Positions 58,154-64,000 of a stretch of 64,000 bases of DNA are shown here, piece after piece. A program made the position numbers and the translations under genes. Within the stretch, counting starts at the first letter, position 1. The number at the start of each line of letters is the position of its first letter. Under the pieces are notes generated by a model. The model had not been told where the DNA came from, made no database searches, and saw only the letters and a list, made by a program, of their open reading frames with translations. The stretch comes from Bacteroidota bacterium (GTDB lineage Bacteria; Bacteroidota; Bacteroidia; NS11-12g; UBA9320): contig WGNA01000031.1 of the NCBI GenBank assembly GCA_016124755.1, positions 1 through 64,000 on the forward strand, in the 5' to 3' direction.

Positions 58154-61100
58154 TATCTGTTTATTATTTTTACAATACTATTCGTATCTATTTCTCTCAT
58201 TGACATCATCAAACTCCAATCGTCTAAATCGGACGTTTTTTTAATCAAAATTTTATAAGTCAAATCGCCCTCTTTGGTCGTCCATTTTTCGGCTAAAACC
58301 TTCAATTTGTCCAACGCATAATCCAATTGCTTTTTGTTTTTGATTCTCTCTGAAATGAAAGTTTTTAGTTCCTCATAATTGCCTGTGAAGTCTTTGGCTC
58401 TTTTGTCGAGATACAAACCTTGCTTGTGTCGAACAAAACAAACTAACAAACTCGCCAAAACTTTATCCAAAGCAATTTCGGTAAATGGGGTAACACTTAA
58501 CGGCTCTACGTATTTGTAATATGCGTTATTGAAAGGAACGTAATTTTCAAAATACGACTTGTCTCTTGAACGGTTAGCATCTAACAAATTGATAACAATT
58601 CCTTTGTCTTTTCTTCCAACGCGACTTGACGCTTGAATGTATTCGGCAACATTTTTTGGTTGTCCATTCATCAACATTACATTCAGGCGTTCAATATCAA
58701 TACCAACCGAAAACATATTTGAAGCCAAAACCAAATCAATTGTATTTTGAACAAAAGTCCATCCGTCTTTAGTAATTAGGCTGAACTTCATTTCGAGTTC
58801 GTCCAATAGCCTCTTGATAGAGTTACTTTCAATTCTACTTGTCAGTTCTTTTGTTCTTCCTGCAAGCCCAAAATAGTTAAAGCCATAAATTTGTTTATTA
58901 AATTGGTAGCGGTTGTGTAAGAGTTTTAAGAAATCCGAAATTTCCGCAGGAACCTTGTTGTAAACCTTGCCAACATCACGCAAACTGTTGTAAAATGAAA
59001 CAATTGTCCAAAAATTATTTTCTCGGCTTATTGCTTCTTCTTGCGATAAATTCTCCTTTACTCTGTAATATTTGAACAACTCAATACGAGCCAAAAGCAA
59101 ATTTCCTAAAATCCGTATTTGAGAATTTAAAGCCGTTTTCCCTGTTGGCATAAAACCAATATGCTTCCTTTTACTTTCGGTTGAAACGTAAGAAAAGAAG
59201 TTGTCGTCATACGTTACGCCCATTGGTGGAAATATGCTTAATGTTCTATTTCCGTAAAGCATTGCAACTTGTTGTTCCGTATTTCGGGTTGTTGCTGTTG
59301 AAGTAATGATTTTAGGTTTTCTTTTTCCCTTTGTTGAAAGCATTTCAACAATAGATTCGTATAAACCAGTGATTGAACCCAAAGGACCACTCAATAAGTG
59401 CAACTCATCTTGAATAATTAAATCAGGTGGCAGTTTGTTTTCTTCCAAAGAGTTGAAAAGATGATGCCCTTCTTGTCTATGCGAAAGCATTGCGAATTTA
59501 TCTACTGTTGCAAAAAGTAATGTTGGTGGATTTTGATAGATTTTATCATCCACGAAATAAATTGGCAATTCTGTATTAAATGCACAATCAGGATTTAAGC
59601 AATTGGTTGAAAATGCTTTGTCGGTTGCTCTGTAACCCAAATCAAATTTTCCAGATTGATTTTGTGTAACCAAATTACAGCCACACCAAGAACAATTTGT
59701 AATAGGAAATGTATTTGCTTTACGATAATCGCCTGTTCTTTTGTTATTGAGTTTTGTGATTTCATCAAATACTTTTTTGAAAATTGTTCGAGCATCCGAA
59801 TATGAGTTTGGTGTTGTAGATGCTCCAACCCACATTCCAATTGAAACTTCATCATCGCCAAAAAAGTAATCATCATCTGAATTAAAGCTTCTCCTTAAAA
59901 AATCCAATGACAAAATAAGTTTTGTTGCTCGTTCAAATTGTTGGGCTGTCAACAATCGCAATGTATATCGCATAATTACAGAAACCCCGTCCGCATCTTT
60001 TCCGTGCAATATTCTCCGGCTAATTATTGTGAAAGCCGTAATTGCCAAATACGCTTCTGTTTTTCCGCCACCTGTTGGAAACCAAAGTAAATCAACAACA
60101 TTATTTCTGTCATCTGAATCTTCTTTGATTATTGATTCAATATTCAAAAGGAAGAATGCCAATTGAAACGGTCTGTAATTTGGCTTGAACGAATGATTTT
60201 TAAAAAAGTCTAAATCATTGTAATTGAAATTTTTGTCAATTTCAGATAGCTCAATTCCTTTTTTTCCAAACAAATCTTTGTTAGAGATTAGCATTTGAAT
60301 ATACATTGCCGTGTTTGCCAACAAGAAAGATTTGAAAGCTGTTTCGTTGTTATTTAGAAAATCAATGTTTTTGATTAGTCTTTCGAATGTTTTATTTTGC
60401 TTTTCTAAAATGGTGCATAACGGTTTTTTGTAATTGTCTTCCGCAGTTGTCTTTTCTTGTTCGGCTATCCAATTCTTGTACTCTTTGGCAAATAGTTTTA
60501 ACTTTTGAATGATTGTTGATTTGTCAAAATCAGTCCAAATTGAAAGTTTTTTTAACTCGGTTATATCTTTCAAATTTGCTGGGAAAGTGTTTTTAAAAGC
60601 ATTACTGTAATTCTTAATATCAACTTCAGGTAAAAATGTGGTTTTTAATTCCGTTGGATTTTTGTTGTTATTCCAAGTAACCGCACAACCATGTCCAATG
60701 GCAAAAGAGTTTTCATTTCTGTATTGAAAATTGATTAGGTTTAGTTCTTCGTCAAACGGATTTGTTTCGGAAATTTGCTTGTATGGCAAAAAAGTAACAC
60801 CCGAAACGGCAATTTCGCCCTGAAAAATTGCTTTTGTGTTTAAAAGTTCATTGCCAAACGAAAATTTATTTTTCGGGTGGTTCAATCTGTTTGCCAATAG
60901 AATTTTTATGAATTTGCCGTATGGCGTTTCATAAATTTTCTTGTAGTAGCAAGTAATAATAGAATTGTCCTCTTGGTTTTGGTCTAACGGATATTCCTTT
61001 GATTCATCAGCGTTTATTCCCTTTAGATTTAACTCAACAATTACGGGTTCTCTTTTGACTCTTTTCCAAAGTCGTTGTCCTAATATAAGTTCTCCTTTTT

Positions 61101-61758
61101 TGTATCCAACACTATCAATTAATTCTTGTTGCTGTTCGTTTTCCTTAAATCGGCTTCTATAATTCCGAACATTCAAACCGCCCTTTGCAAATTCTTCTTT
61201 GTTTAAGGACAATAGTCCATTTTCATAGTTAAAATATTTGCTGACTGAATTGTATGGGTTTTCTGAAAACTTTTTAAACTCCTCTTCTGAAATTTCTATT
61301 ACTGCATCTGTTGGTTCTATTTGAATGTACTTGGCATAATTGAAAGTTACGGTTAAGGTTTCGGCTTCTTTTGGAACGCAAAAAGTCAAACCGAAATTTG
61401 TCGGGAAATATTGATTGGCTTCCGAATATTCTTTTTCAGGTTCAACATTTTTGCTTTTATCTACATCTTCATCAAATTCATTCTCGTCCTTGTCTGCAAA
61501 TTCCAAATTTGTGTCAAGGTTATCATCTTCAATCTCTGCATTAGCATTGGCATCATCATTTTTCCCGATACTGTCTTTCTTTGCATCTTCAACATCACGT
61601 TCGGGAAATAAAATACCTGAATAATATCTACTCAATGGATAATCGGAAATGATTTCATTTTCAGAATCGGAAACAAAAACATCAGAATTGGGGCCAATCA
61701 AATTATTTTTGATTGTATCCCGAAATATCAATCTTGGCTCGTTTACGTAATTACTCAT
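58153..61758 (-). CDS. SF2 DExH-type helicase with an N-terminal unknown domain and a Cys4 insertion (DrmA-like)
   Basis: 1201 aa. Q-motif PFQLAFF, motif I WFPTGGGKTEAYL, motif II IIQDELHLLSG, motif III TSTAT, motif VI QASSRVGRKDKG. Zn-ribbon-like CSWCGC...CLNPDC. About 30% GC. Confidence 0.8.
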   Translation of the reverse strand: MSNYVNEPRLIFRDTIKNNLIGPNSDVFVSDSENEIISDYPLSRYYSGILFPERDVEDAKKDSIGKNDDANANAEIEDDNLDTNLEFADKDENEFDEDVDKSKNVEPEKEYSEANQYFPTNFGLTFCVPKEAETLTVTFNYAKYIQIEPTDAVIEISEEEFKKFSENPYNSVSKYFNYENGLLSLNKEEFAKGGLNVRNYRSRFKENEQQQELIDSVGYKKGELILGQRLWKRVKREPVIVELNLKGINADESKEYPLDQNQEDNSIITCYYKKIYETPYGKFIKILLANRLNHPKNKFSFGNELLNTKAIFQGEIAVSGVTFLPYKQISETNPFDEELNLINFQYRNENSFAIGHGCAVTWNNNKNPTELKTTFLPEVDIKNYSNAFKNTFPANLKDITELKKLSIWTDFDKSTIIQKLKLFAKEYKNWIAEQEKTTAEDNYKKPLCTILEKQNKTFERLIKNIDFLNNNETAFKSFLLANTAMYIQMLISNKDLFGKKGIELSEIDKNFNYNDLDFFKNHSFKPNYRPFQLAFFLLNIESIIKEDSDDRNNVVDLLWFPTGGGKTEAYLAITAFTIISRRILHGKDADGVSVIMRYTLRLLTAQQFERATKLILSLDFLRRSFNSDDDYFFGDDEVSIGMWVGASTTPNSYSDARTIFKKVFDEITKLNNKRTGDYRKANTFPITNCSWCGCNLVTQNQSGKFDLGYRATDKAFSTNCLNPDCAFNTELPIYFVDDKIYQNPPTLLFATVDKFAMLSHRQEGHHLFNSLEENKLPPDLIIQDELHLLSGPLGSITGLYESIVEMLSTKGKRKPKIITSTATTRNTEQQVAMLYGNRTLSIFPPMGVTYDDNFFSYVSTESKRKHIGFMPTGKTALNSQIRILGNLLLARIELFKYYRVKENLSQEEAISRENNFWTIVSFYNSLRDVGKVYNKVPAEISDFLKLLHNRYQFNKQIYGFNYFGLAGRTKELTSRIESNSIKRLLDELEMKFSLITKDGWTFVQNTIDLVLASNMFSVGIDIERLNVMLMNGQPKNVAEYIQASSRVGRKDKGIVINLLDANRSRDKSYFENYVPFNNAYYKYVEPLSVTPFTEIALDKVLASLLVCFVRHKQGLYLDKRAKDFTGNYEELKTFISERIKNKKQLDYALDKLKVLAEKWTTKEGDLTYKILIKKTSDLDDWSLMMSMREIDTNSIVKIINR

Positions 61759-64000
61759 CTACCAAAGTCTTTTTAATTATTGTCTTTTCCTTTATTGTTG
61801 CCGTTAGTTTCTCTAAAATACCCTCTGGAAGTTTGTTTAGTGAATCGCTTTTTTCTTCTTTGTTAGAAGCAACATAATCTAACAAGTCATTTCCCAATAT
61901 TTTTCCAGCCTGTTGCCTTATGGAATGGTCTTTTTTGGAATATATTTTGAATTTATCAAACTCTGTTACAATCAAGTCATTTTCACGATTATTCGTTAAG
62001 CAAAAATCACGAATGACTTCCATTGTTTTCACTCTTGGAAATCGTGTTATGCAATTCGTATCTAAATAATTTCGGAATGTGTTGAAATGAATTTTGTACG
62101 AAGTGAAAAGGGAATCGTATAGATTTTCGGCAGTTTTAAACTGAATAGATAAGTCTTTCAATGTCTGTTTCCAACTGTCGGAATATTTGTCAAACGAATC
62201 CAATAAATTCTCTGTGTCAAAGATTTTCAGGATTTTTCTAAATTCTTCTTTGCTGTTGTTTTGGTAAAACCTAACTGTTGCGTTATTGTACAATTCTCCA
62301 ATGGTTGTTTTGATTTGTTCACCATTTTCAATCAAGAAAACACCTTTTGTGGAATCGAATTTCTCAATCGTTCCATCACTAAATTGAACTTCATAAACAG
62401 CACTTTCTTTTGGCAATTCAAGAGCTTCATAAGGATTGTTTTTGAAGTTTTCATTATTTAAGTCAAAATAAAAAATATCATCCAACTCTCGTTTTTTTAT
62501 TTCTGTTGGGTGAGAAAAATCCGTTTTGAAAAATATTAATCTATCCTTGTGGTTTAATTTAGTTTTTTCTTGACTTTGGTATGCCTGTTCAACATTGTCA
62601 AAAGAAATTTCATCTAAATTTTCATAGCATAAAACTTCGCATTTTCCCTTTATGGCTTTGATTTTCGTATAGAGTTCCATATTGTTTAAATAGGGAACAA
62701 GTGCCAATTTGTTTTTGGAGTTTTGGTCATCATTCAACCATTTGTCCAAATAGAGCTTTGAGTTGTCAATCCGTTTCTCGCTTATCAATTGGATGTTGTG
62801 TATTTTTTCGTTCTTAATTTGAACAGAGACAGCATCATAGTTTTTCTTTTCTACGATTACGTATATTGGTTTAGGATTGATTTCTTTTGCTTTTTGCTTA
62901 ATGTAATCCCATTTCAAATTTTCACTTCCCAATGTGCTTGAAATTTTTGAAAACAAATCGAAAATGAGGTCTGTATAACCTTTGATTGTGCCAGGATTAT
63001 AAATGTCTTTTTCGTAAAAATGATTGTTTAGTTCATCTGAAAAAGCTTCGCTTTGGAAATAATGATTTAGTCGGTCTAAATACTCTTGAAAAATCCCTCT
63101 TGACAGATTAGTGTTTACCAAAATTACCCTCAAAAAGAAATTGGTGTACTTTAACACAAAGGTAAGATTTACCTTGCTTTCGTCTTTTATGTTTTGAATA
63201 ACTTCCGTTAGTTCTGAAATCAAGGAATAAAGATTGTCATTTTTTAAACAAACTTTTTTTGTGTCGTTTGGGATTTCGTTATTGGCAATTTTTACTTCAT
63301 CATTAGACCATAACCACTCTAAAAATTGATTTTCAGAGCATGGCTTTTCTGTTCCAATTATAATAATGTTTTTGTACTTGTTTCTGTATTTTTCTTGTAG
63401 AATGAAATCAAAATCATCACGATACTTGGAATCACCAATAACTATTATTTCGTCAAATGTTTGATTTTTATCTAATAGATAGTTTTGGGCTGTTTCAAAA
63501 TTATTACAGCATTCTATCATATAGTTGAAAAATGGTAAGTCATTCTTTATTTTGCCATTCCTATTTGTATATCTAATTGGTAAATGTTTACTTTCTTTGA
63601 AAAATCTTTGGTCTGCTATGACCAAAGTATTATTCTTAAAATCTGTGATGAATGGAAAATCCTTACCAAAAACATTTTTTAAATAATTTATATAGTTGTC
63701 AATATTTTTGGCCGTGTTTCGACCATTGGCTAGATCTGGATTTATTTTGTAAAACTTATGACCGCTAATTGAAATTTCCACTCCTTTTTCATTTCTTTTT
63801 GGAAATTGGTATTTCAGTCTTAATCCTCTAACAGTCTTACCAATTACTTTATATACACGTTTTTTTGTTTCAGAATATATTAAATCTCCTGTTTCAAGAG
63901 AAGGTTTCTTTTTCTCAAGGTTGAAAAAGTTTTGAAAAAGTTTTATTAGAACAATTGAATTAAAAATTGAAGCAAAAAAGTTTTCTCGGTATACGTCTTC
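61751..64000 (-). CDS. large hypothetical protein (≥750 aa; the 5' end lies beyond the window); first gene of the AT-rich helicase/DUF1998 operon
   Basis: The reading frame stays open from 61751 through 64000, so the ORF-track Met at 63781 is internal. No recognisable motifs. There is an 8-nt ATGAGTAA overlap with the helicase gene. Confidence 0.55.
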   Translation of the reverse strand, partial: EDVYRENFFASIFNSIVLIKLFQNFFNLEKKKPSLETGDLIYSETKKRVYKVIGKTVRGLRLKYQFPKRNEKGVEISISGHKFYKINPDLANGRNTAKNIDNYINYLKNVFGKDFPFITDFKNNTLVIADQRFFKESKHLPIRYTNRNGKIKNDLPFFNYMIECCNNFETAQNYLLDKNQTFDEIIVIGDSKYRDDFDFILQEKYRNKYKNIIIIGTEKPCSENQFLEWLWSNDEVKIANNEIPNDTKKVCLKNDNLYSLISELTEVIQNIKDESKVNLTFVLKYTNFFLRVILVNTNLSRGIFQEYLDRLNHYFQSEAFSDELNNHFYEKDIYNPGTIKGYTDLIFDLFSKISSTLGSENLKWDYIKQKAKEINPKPIYVIVEKKNYDAVSVQIKNEKIHNIQLISEKRIDNSKLYLDKWLNDDQNSKNKLALVPYLNNMELYTKIKAIKGKCEVLCYENLDEISFDNVEQAYQSQEKTKLNHKDRLIFFKTDFSHPTEIKKRELDDIFYFDLNNENFKNNPYEALELPKESAVYEVQFSDGTIEKFDSTKGVFLIENGEQIKTTIGELYNNATVRFYQNNSKEEFRKILKIFDTENLLDSFDKYSDSWKQTLKDLSIQFKTAENLYDSLFTSYKIHFNTFRNYLDTNCITRFPRVKTMEVIRDFCLTNNRENDLIVTEFDKFKIYSKKDHSIRQQAGKILGNDLLDYVASNKEEKSDSLNKLPEGILEKLTATIKEKTIIKKTLVDE

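Overview
This 64-kb window looks like a Bacteroidota chromosome segment at roughly 43-45% GC. Several proteins end in T9SS C-terminal sorting domains, there is a FISUMP-type lipoprotein, and many genes encode Cys-lipoproteins. Starting from the left edge, a TPR protein runs off the window, followed by an orphan RHS-core/C-terminal-toxin fragment fused 4 nt downstream of a tyrosine recombinase. Next come a GyrI-like protein and a SAM methyltransferase. A tightly coupled five-gene minus-strand cassette follows: SWIM zinc finger, a ~500-aa alpha-rich protein, a MoxR AAA+ ATPase, a 755-aa DUF5682-like protein, and a VWA protein. After that are a 7-gene secreted/lipoprotein/T9SS-cargo cluster and an SPFH protein. 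tRNA-Asp and an isolated WYL-domain regulator sit between repeat clusters. A housekeeping block carries pspC-domain, CDP-alcohol phosphatidyltransferase, cdsA, DUF2851, pyrF, patatin and an RsmI-like methylase. A protease/anti-protease neighbourhood contains an S41 Ctp, an M13 peptidase, an EEP-T9SS protein, a 1831-aa alpha-2-macroglobulin with an intact CxEQ thioester, and an M43-T9SS metalloprotease. At the right edge is an AT-rich (~30% GC) three-gene operon with overlapping stops and starts. It encodes a large unknown protein truncated by the window edge, a 1201-aa SF2 helicase with a Cys4 insertion, and a 644-aa DUF1998-like Cys-rich protein. This resembles the DrmA/DrmB core of DISARM or a split DruE of Druantia, but no PLD nuclease or methyltransferase is in view. 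It is the strongest candidate here for an undescribed or atypical defence-type system. The window is also unusually dense in three families of mosaic intergenic repeats (A, B, C). There are at least 11 clusters totalling about 7 kb. They sit at island boundaries, and families A and B share a TTAAATGCTTATT-like terminal motif.
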